Shown here piece after piece: positions 41,660 to 57,120 of a DNA stretch of 64,000 nucleotides. The first letter of the stretch is position 1. Every line of letters begins with the position of its first letter. The position numbers and the translations under genes are program-made. The stretch covers positions 1,760,001-1,824,000 of the forward strand of contig OY970340.1 in NCBI GenBank assembly GCA_963717465.1, in the 5' to 3' direction. Origin of the DNA: Candidatus Bathyarchaeota archaeon. Its GTDB lineage: Archaea; Thermoproteota; Bathyarchaeia; Bathyarchaeales; Bathycorpusculaceae. Under the pieces are notes generated by a model that saw nothing but the letters and a program-made list of their open reading frames with translations, made no database searches and had not been told where the DNA came from.

Positions 41660-42841
41660 TTGAGTCAAGAAACGCCGAAGAAGAAAGGTCATTCTGTTTC
41701 TCTTGGAAATGTAATTAAAATTTCTGTTGTAGTCGCTTTAGTTTTCATGCTAGTTGGAGGGATATTAACTGTGGCTGTAATTATGCCCGCTTTGAGCAAT
41801 TTGCACTTATTCGGCTCAAACAGTAGCAACAATAATAACAGCAACAATAGCAATAATTCAAACAACAATAACAGTAGCAACAATAACAATAATAATGGAA
41901 ATAATCTGATGAGCTATAGCGGAAGTGGACAATTTAACCTTACTATCCCAGATAACGGCGATTTTGTTTCGGGAACAATGAATGCAACCATTAATTGCCA
42001 AGTTCAAGAAAATGAAGGCAATTTGAATCTAACTCTGCAGGCAACCGGCTTAAATGGCAATCTATCGCAACCGGTTTCAGGCTCGCCAGCGGTTTCAGAG
42101 GGAAATTCCTACAACTTTAACTTTTACAGCAACGGCTCTTTTGACAATTCACAATTTGACCTGAACTCTCAAGGCAATGTGTGGTTGGGGGCAAATTATA
42201 ATTTTGATCTGAACGGTTCATTTAGCTCGAACACTTTGACATTTACTTTGACTTCGGAGCCTAGTTCTCAGATTACCATCTTAACTCTGCAGGCACCAAT
42301 ATCCCTCAACGGCAATAACAATAACTCAAACAATAACTCAAACAATAGCAACAACGATAATACAAACAATACTAGTAGCAATACTAGTAGCAACAATTCC
42401 GTAAATAATACTAATCCAACGATAACCAACCCCACAGGCACTTACACCGCAACTAACGTTCAATTGCATCTAACGGTTCCAAATCAAAACGGGGGATCAG
42501 ATACAGGAACAATGCAGGCAAACGTTAACTGCACTGTTTCGCAAAGTGGCAACAGTATACAATTAGACTTGTATGTGGAGCCTTTAAGCGTTTCAAGCAG
42601 CTTGAGCAGCGATATTCAAACTAATGGCGGAACCGTTCAATTTAACTTCTTAGGTCAAACTTCAGGAACAACAATTACTAACGCGAATGCGCAAGGCACT
42701 ATGCCAGGGAACAGTGCCACCTTTAACATAAACCTAACCGGAATCATTGACACGAGTGAACTGAAAATCTCGTTGAGTCAGAACGCCAGTCCTGATGTTG
42801 TCATCTGGACAACAAGTCAAATAACTCTTAACTCCACATAA
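41660..42841 (+). CDS. membrane-anchored Asn-rich surface protein with two internal beta domains
   Basis: N-terminal TM, two poly-N/S linkers, duplicated GTMxAxxNCxV motif. Confidence 0.75.
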   Translation: MSQETPKKKGHSVSLGNVIKISVVVALVFMLVGGILTVAVIMPALSNLHLFGSNSSNNNNSNNSNNSNNNNSSNNNNNNGNNLMSYSGSGQFNLTIPDNGDFVSGTMNATINCQVQENEGNLNLTLQATGLNGNLSQPVSGSPAVSEGNSYNFNFYSNGSFDNSQFDLNSQGNVWLGANYNFDLNGSFSSNTLTFTLTSEPSSQITILTLQAPISLNGNNNNSNNNSNNSNNDNTNNTSSNTSSNNSVNNTNPTITNPTGTYTATNVQLHLTVPNQNGGSDTGTMQANVNCTVSQSGNSIQLDLYVEPLSVSSSLSSDIQTNGGTVQFNFLGQTSGTTITNANAQGTMPGNSATFNINLTGIIDTSELKISLSQNASPDVVIWTTSQITLNST

Positions 42842-43016
42842 GTGCTTAGCAATCAAGGGTTAAAATCCCTTTTCTATTTTGTTTTAGGATATAAAGCGAT
42901 TATTTTTTTCCATGTTGATTTTATGCACTGCGCTTTACTATCAATTCGTTTCTTTTTTAACTAGTAAAGCTTATTATTGCTTAAGTATTTGAGCAGTTTA
43001 TTGGACGGCTAAAAAA

Positions 43017-43928
43017 ATGCATCTGATTAATTTCAAAGAGTTATCTGATCAACAGCTTAACGCATTAATTAACTTGGGCATCGAAGCAAAAATTAACCCA
43101 AAAAAATTTAAGAAAACATTTGAAGGTAAGTCTGCCGCGTTGATTTTTCAAAAAACTTCCACGAGAACCCGTGTCGCTTTTGAAGTAGCAATGACTCAGC
43201 TTGGCGGTCATGGCTTGTTTATTGATTGGCGAACTACGAATTTTACGTTGGCGGACATTTCTGATGAAGTTCGCTACCTGTCGCGTAATGTCGATGTTAT
43301 TATGGCGAGGTTACTGTTTAATGCGGATTTGACGAAAATGGCGGCTGCTTCAAAAGTTCCCGTTATTAACGGTTGTGACGAGAAGTATCATCCAAGTCAA
43401 GCTATTGCTGATCTAATTACTATGAAGGAAAAGATGGGCAAGCTGAAAGGCTCCAAACTCGTTTACATAGGAGTTCATAACAACGTTTGCAACTCGCTTA
43501 TTGAAGGCTGCACAAAAACAGGTGTAAAACTAACAACTGTTACGCCGATTTTCAACGAGGCAGCAAGAGATGATGAATTGCTGAATACGGCTAAGACAAC
43601 TGGGCTTTGGGAGTCGACGTTGGATGTGAAGAAAGCGGTTAGCGATGCTGATTTTGTTTATACTGACACGTGGATTGATATGGAGTTTTTCACTGACCCA
43701 AAATTTGCAGCTGAAAAAGAGAAACGCGTCAAACTTATGATGCCATATCAAATTAACAGTGGCTTGCTCAAAGGAAGCAACGCGTACATTATGCATGACA
43801 TGCCAATTCACCGTGGATACGAAATAAGTGTAGATGCTATGGAAAACCCAAAATCAGTGATTTATGAGCAAGCTGAAAACAGGTTATACTCCGCTAAAGC
43901 GATTATGCTTAAGTTAGTTGACGTTTAA
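43017..43928 (+). CDS. argF: ornithine carbamoyltransferase
   Basis: STRTR, HPSQ, YTDTW, MHDMP, QAENR. Confidence 0.92.
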   Translation: MHLINFKELSDQQLNALINLGIEAKINPKKFKKTFEGKSAALIFQKTSTRTRVAFEVAMTQLGGHGLFIDWRTTNFTLADISDEVRYLSRNVDVIMARLLFNADLTKMAAASKVPVINGCDEKYHPSQAIADLITMKEKMGKLKGSKLVYIGVHNNVCNSLIEGCTKTGVKLTTVTPIFNEAARDDELLNTAKTTGLWESTLDVKKAVSDADFVYTDTWIDMEFFTDPKFAAEKEKRVKLMMPYQINSGLLKGSNAYIMHDMPIHRGYEISVDAMENPKSVIYEQAENRLYSAKAIMLKLVDV

Positions 43929-44051
43929 GCTACGATTTTTTGTTTATACCCATAATTTAAAAATACGGATAAGTACGCTTTTATTTTCCGGAAATTTGCT
44001 TTGAAAACTTAATTAACAAATAGCCATTTTTTGATGTAAATTCTAAGATAA

Positions 44052-44273
44052 CTACTCATCCTTTACCATAGACCCAATCCGCTCTTTAGAAATATATGCT
44101 AATTCAGGATGATGCAACTCAACATGCATCCTAACATGACCCGCGAGATCGCTCTCTCCAAAAGGAGATTTAACAATAAAACTGCACCTAGGGCAAGTAA
44201 AAACCTTCATTTTTCCCATCTGACCAACTTCAGTACCCAACTGTTCACCTCCTAAACCAACTTTGGAAAACAA
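44052..44273 (-). CDS. small metal-binding protein (DUF1059-like)
   Basis: CPRC...HVRMHVELHH; true start may be an internal Met. Confidence 0.5.
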   Translation of the reverse strand: MFSKVGLGGEQLGTEVGQMGKMKVFTCPRCSFIVKSPFGESDLAGHVRMHVELHHPELAYISKERIGSMVKDE

Positions 44274-44701
44274 GAGTACCGAGGTTTTTTGGTCTCTTTA
44301 AGGGTTTGTTGTGGTTAGTTCACAGCAACTTGAAAATTTAATGATTTTCTTGATGTACATACGTAAGTCTATTTGCATAAACGTGTTTTCTCGATAAAGT
44401 GCTTAATAAAGGACGTGAAGTTTAGGTTTTTTCAGGCATCGATTGGGCTAGTGGTATGGCAAAAGGTAGGTTGCTTAGCCTTTTAGATGGTTAGGTAACA
44501 TTTATTTCCATCACAGCGGAATGTTTATATCAGTTGAATTCGCTTCTAAATGAATTCAGCTATAATTGCTAGCCCCGTAATTTTCACATGGCGGCGGCTC
44601 AACCCCTACCGTAACGGCGTAATGCCTTTCAGGGATGACGGAGTTGGCCTCCAATTGCGGGGACACGTATGTGGACCTGATTAATTGCTCAGTTAGGTCT
44701 G

Positions 44702-46385
<1,684 letters not shown>

Positions 46386-46559
46386 AATCAGAGCAATGAT
46401 TTTTGCGTTTTTGGTTATTGATGTTGTTTGGTTGTTACTGTTTTGTTTTGGAATTTGAACTTGGTTGTTCAATTTTTGAAATTTTTTTCAGTTTGAAACG
46501 TTTGTTTGTGGTTTGGCTGTGCATAAGGATAGTACTTATGTTCTCATTTAGAAACTTGG

Positions 46560-46712
46560 AATTACTATTTCAACCTACATAATAATTGAATCGTGTTAGG
46601 CTTTCGAGCAGGCGATATTTTAATTAAGGAAGTAATCAAAGACCATATCGTACTCTGCAACGCTGATTCGTTTGTAAGTCTGCGTTGGAGAAGCCATGTT
46701 GAGAGAGGGTAA
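46560..46712 (+). pseudogene. 3' remnant of an MNT nucleotidyltransferase gene
   Basis: GDILIKEVIKDHIVLCNADSFVSLRWRSHVERG* overlapping the HEPN start, as in MNT-HEPN pairs (recall). Confidence 0.5.
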
Positions 46713-46923
46713 GCTATCTTGGTGTTTTAAACAGAAAAATGGCATTCGAATGGTTGAGCCCAACGGAGATTTGGCTAAAGCTTATTTGAAAAAGGCGATA
46801 GGCGCTCTAAACACTGTGACTGTTGCACTTAAAATCCATGAGACTGACTGGATAATTACCACCGCATACTACGCAAGATATTTCGCGTTATACAGCTTGC
46901 TTATGAAATTAAGCGTAAAATAA
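46696..46923 (+). pseudogene. HEPN-domain gene, 5' half
   Basis: AYLKKA...WIITTAYYARYFALYSLL; stops at VK*. Confidence 0.7.
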
Positions 46924-47603
46924 GAGTTCGGACGGCAACGTATATGAGTAACTTTTTCAGTCGTGAACCGACGATCCTGTTTCCACGACCTTTATTTCGT
47001 TCAATGTGACAAAATATAAAAATGCTAAGGTTTGTCTGGGATGGCTGAGCGCTCCTTCTTCCTTATGAAGAATCTCAGAAAATTGACGAGAATGCTTTTT
47101 TGGGAAGATTATTGGTATGCATTGAAATTCGGAATAAAGTTTATTGAACTCTTTTTTTAAATGTGTCCGGGGAAGGCAGTTGAATTTTAGTCCGAACAAA
47201 TGGTTTCGCACGTTTAAGAGTGACCTCGTAGCTGAGGTTTTAATTTATTATAATAGCATTTTTTCAAGAAAGAGTGGTCCGCCCATCTGCATCGCATTGT
47301 GCGTTCTAACAACAGTATCTTTTATTCTTTCTCGTCTTTGATTGCATAACAAATTAGTAAAGGGCATTTCCCCTACCAGAAAAGGTTCAAACGTCACGAA
47401 GATCATATAGTAACTCTGCCGCAAAATTTTCATGGCTAAATTTGCATCTTGACGAAGGACGATGGATGTTTTCTTGTAAAAATGAGGTGTCTATAAGCAT
47501 TCCACTATGCAGTCAGCATACTAAGACCAAATTGTGACTCAAAATTCAGATTTGGGCTTCATTAAAAATATAAGGAAATTTTGTAGATTCAACTTTTAAG
47601 GTA

Positions 47604-47656
47604 CACTTAGATGGAGCACTTAGATGAAGCACTAGAGGGATGCTTAGAAGGAGCAC
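47604..47656. repeat. four imperfect ~13-bp direct repeats upstream of the giant surface gene
   Basis: CACTTAGATGGAG, CACTTAGATGAAG, CACTAGAGGGA, TGCTTAGAAGGAG, then CAC. Confidence 0.7.
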
Positions 47657-47752
47657 GACTTAATTTCAATCAATCATTTTATAGGCAGAATTTTCGAAAA
47701 CAATTTTTCAGCCAAAAAATCAGAAAAATAAAACTAACCGAGGAGATATTAA

Positions 47753-50700
47753 ATGAATAAAAAAAATCCAATAAATGCAATTTGCATAATATTGTTGGTT
47801 ATCTTAGCATTCTCAATGGCTACTAACACGGCCTTTGCATCAGTAGTTAACAATAATGCTCCAGTTGTGGCAAGGATTTGGACTGACAAGCCAGATTATC
47901 ATCCTGGGACTTTGGTGACTATTTATGGGTCCGGTTTCACTTCGAATGGTTACATTTTCTTAAGTGTGACCAAGGAGAAGGATGAGTCCGTTACGAACTT
48001 ACATGCAAGAGCGGATTTAAACGGGGATTTTGTGGCTCATTATCAAATTGACAAACAAGGAGCTCCTCTCTACAAGATAGTAGCCACAGACGGGAAAACA
48101 ACCGCAGAAACAGTATTCACAGACTCAATGACAATTTCAACGCAGCCAATTTCAGCCCACATCGATAGTGGGCAATCGGCGACTTTATTTAGTGTTGTGG
48201 CTGGTGGTAATAGTCCGTATACATGGCAATGGTATGACGATTACGGAGCTATCTCTGGCGCCTCTGGTTCAGGCGACACGGCATCTCTGACTGTTTCAAC
48301 AGCGGATACGGGCATCTACGTAGATTTCACTGACAATTCACAGGCGACTATTCAGTCTGACCCTGTGGGTGTTACAGTTAATCCAGCGTTGAGTGAGACT
48401 GCTTCTGCTTCGCCAGCTGCTGTGGACGATGGTCAACCCATCAGTTTAACTGTTACTCAGACTACAGGTACTGGGTCTTTCACGTATGAGTGGCAGTATA
48501 GTACTGATGGTTTTTCTTGGAGTGATATTCCGTTTGATTCTGGTGATCAGAATCCTTATTTTGATTCTGCGGGTTATGGTGGTTCAGCGTTGGAGTTTCA
48601 GGTTAACGTTACTGATGGTACTGGTGCTTCTCAGATTTTCAGCACCAGCTTTGTCACTGTGAATATTGCTTTGAGTGAGACTGCTTCTGTTTCGCCATCA
48701 ACGGTGGGCGCTGGTCAAATCATCAGTTTGTCGGTTACTCAGGGTACTGGTACTCCTCGTTTCACGTATGAGTGGCAGTATAGTACTGATGGTTCAACCT
48801 GGAATGATATTCCTTTTGGGTCTGGTGATCATAATCCCTCGTTTGATTCTATGGATTATGCGGGTTACACGTTATACTTCCAGGTTAACGTTACTGATGG
48901 TACTGGCGCTTCTCAAATTTTCAGTGCAGGCTCTGTTGCTGTGGGCAGCGTGCTTTCTCAGACTTCCGCTTCCGCCTTTCCTGGCGCTGTTGACGATGGT
49001 CAATCAATCAGTTTATCAGTAGACACCTACACCACTGTCAATAGTCCTTACACGTATGAATGGCAATACAGCACAGACGGCGTCAATTGGTACGACATTC
49101 CGTCTGGGTCTGCTGATCAGAATCCTTCTTTTGACTCTACGGGCTATGCGGGTTTCACGTTGGAGTTTCAGGTTAACGTTACTGATAGTACTGGCGCTTC
49201 TCAAATTTTCAGTGCAGGCTCCGTCACCGTGAATACCGCGGACACTGGAGGCTCCACCCCCCCGGATAGTGGGTTGAGTGAGACTGCTTCTGCTTCTCCT
49301 GATGTGGTGGATGTTGGTCAAAGCATCAGTTTGTCGGTTACTCAGACTACTGGTACTGGTCCTTTCACGTATGAGTGGCAATACAGCACTGATGGTTTTA
49401 CTTGGAATAATATTCCATCTTCTTCATTGCAGAATCCAAGTTTTGATACGTCTGATTTGACAGCTGGCACCTACTACTTCCAGGTTACAGTTACTGATAG
49501 TACTGAGGATTCTGCTACCTTCTATACGAGCTCTGTTACAGTGAATGCTGTGTTGAGTGAGACTGCTTCTGCTTCGCCATCAACGGTGGATGCTGGTCAA
49601 AGCATCAGTTTGTCTGTTACTCAAAACACCGGCACTAGTTCTTTCTCGTATGAGTGGCAGTACAGCACAGATGGCGCCACATGGCAGGACATTCCCTCTG
49701 CATCTGGTGATCAGAATCCCTCGTTTGATTCTACGGATTATGCGGGTTACACGTTATACTTCCAGGTTAACGTTACTGATGGTACTGGTGCTTCTCAAAC
49801 CTTCAGCACAAACTCTGTTACTGTTGGCAGCGCGTTTTCTTCAACTTCCGCTTCCCTCTCTCCTAGCACTGTTGACGATGGTCAAAGCATCAGTTTATCA
49901 GTTGACGCTCCTACCACTGGTACTGGTCCTTACACGTATGAATGGCAATACAGCACTGGCGCTAGCGGTGAATGGCAGGATATTCCGTTTTGGTCTGCTG
50001 ATCAGAATGCAACTTTTGATTCTACGGGTTATGCTGGTTCAACATTAGAGTTCCAGGTTATAGTTAATGATTCTGCGTCGGCTCAATTTACTGTGTATGC
50101 AGGTTCCGTCAATGTGAATAGTGCTTTGAGTGAGACTGCTTCTGCTTCGCCATCAACGGTGGATGCTGGTCAAAGCATCAGTTTGTCGGTTACTCAGACT
50201 ACTGGTACTGGTCCTTTCACGTATGAGTGGCAATACAGCACTGGTGGCAATAATTGGCAGAATATTCCGTCTGGGAATGCTTCTGCTGCTACATTTAACA
50301 GTACGGGTTATGGTGGCGGCGCTTTGAGTTTCCAAGTTATAGTGACTGACTCTGCAGGTGCGTCGATTACGGTTGGCGCTGGCTCTGTCACTGTTAACTA
50401 TGCTTTGAGCGAGACCGCTTCAGTTTCTCCACTTGAAGTTGATATTGGAGAAGACATCAGTTTGTCTGTTACGCAGACCACCGGCACTCCCACTTTCACG
50501 TATGACTGGCAATACAGCTACAATGGAGTTGATTGGTCTGATACTCCTCTCTTTTACTCGCAAAACCCTGGCTTCGGACTCGGCGAGGACTATTTCCTTG
50601 CGGGAACTTGTTACTTCCACGTTATAATCACCGATAATACTGGTGCGTCGATTACGGTTGGTGCTGGATCTGTCACAATAAATAACGCTTTATATGAGAC

Positions 50701-53700
50701 TGCTTCTGCCTCACCATCAACGGTCGATGTTGGCCAACCAATCAGTTTGTCCGTCACTGAAAACACGGGCACCGCGCCTTACACGTATGATTGGCAGGTT
50801 AGCTCTGACGGCGGCTACTCTTGGAGTAATGTTACATCGGCTACAGTGCAGAATCCGACCTTTGATACATCCAGTTTATTTGCGGGCACGTACGAGTTTC
50901 AAGTCATAATCACTGATGAAACAGGCGCTTCTGCTATTTTCTACACTGGCTCCGTCACCGTGAATAGCGCGTTGAGTGAGGTTGCTTCTGAATCACCAAC
51001 CACAGCAGAAGCTGGACAAACAATCAGCCTATCAGTCACCCAATCAACAGGCACTGCTCCCTACACTTACGAGTGGCAATACAGCACTAACAGTAGCGTG
51101 TCTTGGGCGGATATTCCATCCGATTCCAGTTATCAAAATCCCTCCTTTGACACCACAAACTATGGAGGCCAACTCTTAGAGTTCCAAGTCATTATCACAG
51201 ATGGCGCAGGCGCTTCTCAAACCTTTACCACAAGTACCGTCCTCATAAACCCTGCAACCAGTGGGTTAAGCGAGACTGCTTCAGTCTCTCAGAGCGTTGT
51301 GGACGCTGGACAAACTGTTAATTTAACGGTTACTCAGACAACAGGTACCGGTCCCTTCACTTACGAATGGCAAGTAAGCACTGACGAAACAAACTGGAAT
51401 AACATTCCATTGTACTCACTGCAGAACTCAAGTTTTGATACGTCTGATTTGGCTGCTGGCACCTACTTCTTCCAAGTTATCGTCACTGATTCCACTGGCG
51501 CAACTGGCACCTTTAGCGCTGGCTCGGTTACAGTAAATTCTGCCCTGAGTGAGGTTGCTTCTGAATCACCAACCACAGCAGAAGCTGGACAAACAATCAG
51601 CCTATCAGTCACCCAATCAACAGGCACTGCTCCCTACACTTACGAGTGGCAATACAGCACTAACAGTAGCGTGTCTTGGGCGGATATTCCATCCGACTTC
51701 AGTTATCAAAATCCCTCCTTTGACACCACAAACTATGGAGGCCAACTCTTAGAGTTCCAAGTCATTATCACAGATGGCGCAGGCGCTTCTCAAACCTTTA
51801 CCACAAGTACCGTCCTCATAAACCCTGCAACCAGTGGGTTAAGCGAGACTGCTTCAGTCTCTCAGAGCGTTGTGGACGCTGGACAAACTGTTAATTTAAC
51901 GGTTACTCAGACAACAGGTACCGGTCCCTTCACTTACGAATGGCAAGTAAGCACTGACGAAACAAACTGGAATAACATTCCATTGTACTCACTGCAGAAC
52001 TCAAGTTTTGATACGTCTGATTTGGCTGCTGGCACCTACTATTTCCAAGTGATTGTTAACGATTCTGCGGGTGCAACAGCCACCTTCAATGCTGGCTCTG
52101 TTACGGTGAATTCTGCTTTGAGTGAGTCTGCTTATGCATCACCCGGCATGGTGGATGTCGGTCAATCCATCAGTTTATCAGTTACTGATTCTACGGGTAC
52201 TGGTCCTTTCACGTATGAGTGGCAGTACAGCACTGACAACGGTGTAATTTGGAATAACATTCCGTCGTATTCGGAGCAGAGCCCGACTTTTGATACGTCA
52301 GGCCTAGGATGGGGTGTCTACAGCTTCCAAGTCATCATTACTGATCAAACAGATGCGTCACTCACGTTGAGCACGGACCAGGTGACAGTGAATCCCGCTG
52401 TTGAAGCAGCTATTACTCCAACCTCAATTACCATGGATGTTGGTCAATCTGAAATTTTCACTGCTTGGTCGATAGGCGGCGCTGACTGCATTGGTTTCCA
52501 ATGGTACGTGAACGGTGTACCCCAAAGCGGTCAGGTCGGATCTACATTTACCTTTACGGCAACTTCAACAGTCGCTCCGTCCATAACCGTAACAACAACC
52601 GATGATTTAGGTCAAACTTCACCTCAATCATCATCTCCAACTATCACAATAAACCCAGGTTTGAGTGAGATTGCTTCTGCATCGCCGAGTGTGGTGGATG
52701 TTGGTCAACCTGTCAGTTTATCAGTTACTGATTCTACGGGTACTGGTCCTTTCACGTATGAGTGGCAGTACAGCACTGACGGCATAAACTGGAATGATAT
52801 CCCATCCTCGTCATCACAGAACCCGAGCTTTGATGCGTCAGGTTTGACTGCTGGCACTTATTATTTCCAGGTGATTGTTAATGATTCTGCGGGTGCGTCT
52901 GCTACTTTCAGCACTGGCCAAGTAACGGTGAATGTTGATCCTTCAATTAATGTGCAACCCTCTGCAGCCACCATTGATAGTGGGCAGTCTATTACTTTGA
53001 CTTCAACTGTGCAGGATGGTACTGGTTCATACTCTTGGCAATGGTTCGACAGCAGCGGCATAATTACTGGTGCATCTGGTACAGGAGCAACTGCTTCACT
53101 GCCTGTTTCAGCCTCTGACACCGGCGTCTTACGTAGTCTTCACTGACACCGGAGTAGCACCAATGGTGAATGTTAATTCAACCAGTGTTGATGTCACAGT
53201 TGATGCTGCACCCACAATCATCACTCAGCCTTCTAGGGCGTATATCGAGAGTGGGCAGTCTATTACTTTGACTTCTACGGTTCAGGGTGGTTCTGGCTCG
53301 TTCTCTTGGGCTTGTTATGATCATACTGGTTCTCTTGTCGGATCTGGCTCGGGGACAACTGCCTCGCAGGTAATCACAACTTCTGACTTTTATGGCTACT
53401 ACTTCGTCTTCACTGACACCGGTGTAAGTGCTGGTGCGACTCCAGCGTCAGCGGCGACTGTTACTTCAAACGGTGCTCCCGTTGTTGTTCTTTCTGCGCC
53501 CTCCGTTTACATTCAGCCTTCTTCTGTAACGATTGATAGTGGGCAGTCTATTACTTTGTCTTCTTCCGTGGAGGGTGGTTCTGGCGATTTCTCTTGGCAA
53601 TGGTATGATCAGACTGGCGCTATAGTGGGCGCTTATGGCTCGGGTACCACGGCTTCCTACACGTTTAGTTCTTTGAGTAGTGATGATGGTGTCTACGTGG

Positions 53701-56700
53701 TGTTCACTGATGTTTACGTTTCTTCTGGTGCTACTCCATCGTCGTTGGCGAGTGTTTCTTCTAGTAGTGTTGATGTTACAGTTGATTCTGCACCCTTAGT
53801 TTCCACTTCGCTTAATAGTGCGACGATTGACAGTGGTCAGTCTATTACTTTGACTTCTACGGTGTCTGGTGGTTCTGGCTCGTTCTCTTGGGCTTGTTAT
53901 GATCATACTGGTTCTCTTGTCGGATCTGGCACGGGTGCTTTTGCTTCGCAGTCGGTCTCAAGTTCTGATGCAGGCTACTACTTCGTGTTCACTGACACGG
54001 GTGTTTCTTCTGATGCGGCTCCAGCGGTAACTGCGTCTTCAAACAGTATAGCCGTTTATGTTAATGCGGCGCCCTACGTGAGTATTCCGCCTTCTTCGGC
54101 GACGATTTACAGTGGGCAATCTGCAAATTTGACTTCAGTTGTATCTGGTGGCAGCGGCGATTTCAACTGGCAATGGTATGACAACAGCGGTGCTATATCG
54201 GGTGCTTATGGTTCGGGTTCAACGGCTTTCTACTTGGTTTCAAGTGGTGACACTGGAGTCTACGTGGTGTTTACTGACACTGGCTTAACTTCCGGTGCGA
54301 CTCCGGATTCAACGGCAACTGCTTCTTCTAATAGTGTTGATGTTTCGATTGGTACTGCGCCTTCGATTAGCATTCAGCCTTCTTCTGCAGTTATTGACAG
54401 TGGGCAATCTATTACTTTGACTTCAACTGTGCAGGATGGTAGCGGCTCATTCTCTTGGCAATGGTATGATCAGACTGGTGCATTATCTGACGCTTACGGT
54501 ACGGGCACAACGGCCACTTACGTGTTTGGCTCTTCGGGCAACGGCACCGGAATCTATGTAGTCTTCACTGACACTGGCGTAACTCCGGCGGTGAATGTGG
54601 CTTCAAACAGTGTTAATGTTACTGTTGATGTTGCGCCTTCAATCATCTCTCAGCCCTCTTCCGCAACGATCGACAGTGGACAGTCGATAACTTTAACTTC
54701 AACGGTGTCTGGTGGAACTGGAACTTTCACTTGGACATGCTATACTCACACGGGCACTCTAGTTGGTTCTGGCTCAGGGCAGTCTGCTTCTCAGGTAGTC
54801 TCAACTGCTGACTCGGGTTATTACTTTGCGTTCACTGACACGGGTGTATCTTCCGGCGCGACCCCCACGGCAACCGCTCAGTCAAGCGGTGCTCAAGTTA
54901 TAGTTGACTCTGCACCCCAAATTAGCTCTCAGCCCTCTTCCGCAACCATTGACAGTGGACAGTCGATAACTTTAACTTCAACCGTGACAGGTGGCACCGG
55001 CTCATTCACTTGGAAATGTTACACCCACACAGGTGCTCAAGTTGGCTCCGGCTCGGGAACGTCTGCCTCGCAGATAGTCTCAACTGCTGACGCGGGTTAT
55101 TACTTTGTGTTCACTGACACAGGCGTATCTTCCGGCGCAACTCCCACGGCAACCGCTCAGTCAAACAGTGCTCAGGCTAGGGAGGATTCTGCTCCGTCAG
55201 TCAGCTCTCAGCCTTCTTCTGCGACTATTGACAGCGGCCAGTCTATTACTTTGACTTCTACGGTTCAGGGTGGTACTGGATCATTCACTTGGCAGTGGTA
55301 TAATCATGCGGGTACTGCTGTTGGTAGTGGTTCTTCTGGTACGACTGCTTCGCTTTCTGTTTCATCTGCTGATTCGGGTTACTATGTTGTGTTCACTGAT
55401 TCTGGAACTGGTTCTGCCACTCCAACCAAGACTGCTACTTCAAGCAGTGTTCAAGTTACCGTTGATTCTGCTCCGTCAGTCAGCTCTCAGCCTTCTTCTG
55501 CGACTATTGACAGCGGCCAGTCTATTACTTTGACTTCTACGGTTCAGGGTGGTACTGGATCATTCACTTGGAAATGTTACACCCACACAGGTGCTCAAGT
55601 TGGCTCCGGCTCGGGAACGTCTGCCTCGCAGATAGTCTCAACTGCTGACGCGGGTTATTACTTTGTGTTCACTGACACAGGCGTATCTTCCGGCGCAACT
55701 CCCACGGCAACCGCTCAGTCAAACAGTGCTCAGGTTGCTGTTGATTCTGCTCCTTCAATTGGTGCACAACCTGTTTCTGCTACCTTGGACAGCGGCCAAT
55801 CAATAACGTTGTCGTCTACGGTTACGAGAGGCACTGGTTCATTCACGTGGCAATGGTACGATCACAATGGCGTTGTAACGGGCGCCTCTGGAACTGGCGT
55901 ATCCGCTTCTTATGTCGTTTCAAGCGGTGACACGGGAATTTACGTGGTCTTCACTGATGCTGGTGTTAGTGCAGGTGCTTCTGGATCAAAGACTGCAACT
56001 TCAAGCACTGTTGATGTTACAATGAATGTCGCTCTAACAGTTTCTGTCAGTCCAGCTGGTCCAGTGACAATGAACATTGGACAAACTGAGACTTTTACAG
56101 CCAATCCATCTGGAGGCTCCGATAGTTACTCAACGTACACTTGGTATGTGAATGGCATCTCACAGAGCGGATATGATACATCGATGTTTAATTATACAGC
56201 CAATTCGTTAGGTTCTCTATCCATAACTGCTACTGTCACCGATAGTTTAGGAGTGACTTCATCCCAATCATCGACTTGCGATGTTACAGTCAACGATGTT
56301 GCTCCAACTATCACTGCCCCGGTCAATGTAGTAGCGTTCGCTAACAGCGCAGCAGGAGCCAGTGATGTCTCGTTAGGTTCTCCAACTGTTGGCAGCATCG
56401 CTTATTCAACTGCAGACTTATCAGTTACCAACAACGCCACCGCCATATTCCCAGTAGGCACAGTGACAGTTCTCTGGACTGTAACGGACCCAAGTGGACT
56501 AACTGCAACAGCCCTTCAAACCGTTATAATAAACCCATACTCGCCAACATCTTCATCTTCGCCGACACCAACACTTACCCCAACACCGACCCCTACTACA
56601 ACCCCAACGCAATACCAAACTTACACTGTGACCGCAACGGCACCCAACGGCACGGTCGTCAACGTCACAATCTATGGAGACATCAACAGCAGCCAAATCT

Positions 56701-57120
56701 CAAACATGACGATCTCAACATGTCAATCTGCAGCAACAACGGCTGTCTCTTTCACAATAACTGGTCAAAGCGGAACACAAAGCTTCCTTAACATGACAAT
56801 TTCAAAGAACGACGTATTCTATGGAACAGTGCCGGCAGTGAGCATCGACGGCAAACAAGCTGTTAACCAAGGTTACGTGCAAGACGCAAACAACTATTAT
56901 GTGTGGTTCTCAACAAGCTCCGGTACAAACCAGGTCTCAATACTATTTGCAAGGGCGACTAGGCAGCACAACTCCAGCATCCGCCAATGAGCCAGCTTTG
57001 GACTCATTTGCCCAATATCTATCCGTAGCAGCAGCATTAATAATCTTGGCAGCTATAATTGTAGGACTATTCGTGAAAAGAAGAAAAGACAGACAAAGCG
57101 GCATCACGATCTTAAACTAA
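47753..57120 (+). CDS. giant (~3,120 aa) Ig-like-repeat cell-surface protein with HYR domain, PT linker and TM anchor (two 1-bp frameshifts, near 53129 and 56951)
   Basis: signal peptide; ~95-aa repeats (..GQSISLSV..TYEWQYSTDG.. and PSSATIDSGQSITLTSTV..); HYR-like FPVGTVTVLWTVTDPSG; TM + KRRK; three ORFs join when one base is removed at each junction. Confidence 0.88.
50974..52040 (+). repeat. near-identical tandem duplication, 573-bp period (two Ig repeats)
   Basis: sequence from ~50974 recurs at ~51547; ORFs 50976 and 51549 translate almost identically. Confidence 0.9.

Noticed and set aside
46957..47433. Short ORFs as a transposase for the adhesin insertion
   Set aside because: No DDE, HUH or recombinase motifs recognised
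48675..56398. Repeated short alternative-frame ORFs (MRLLL...)
   Set aside because: Shadow frames of the adhesin repeats
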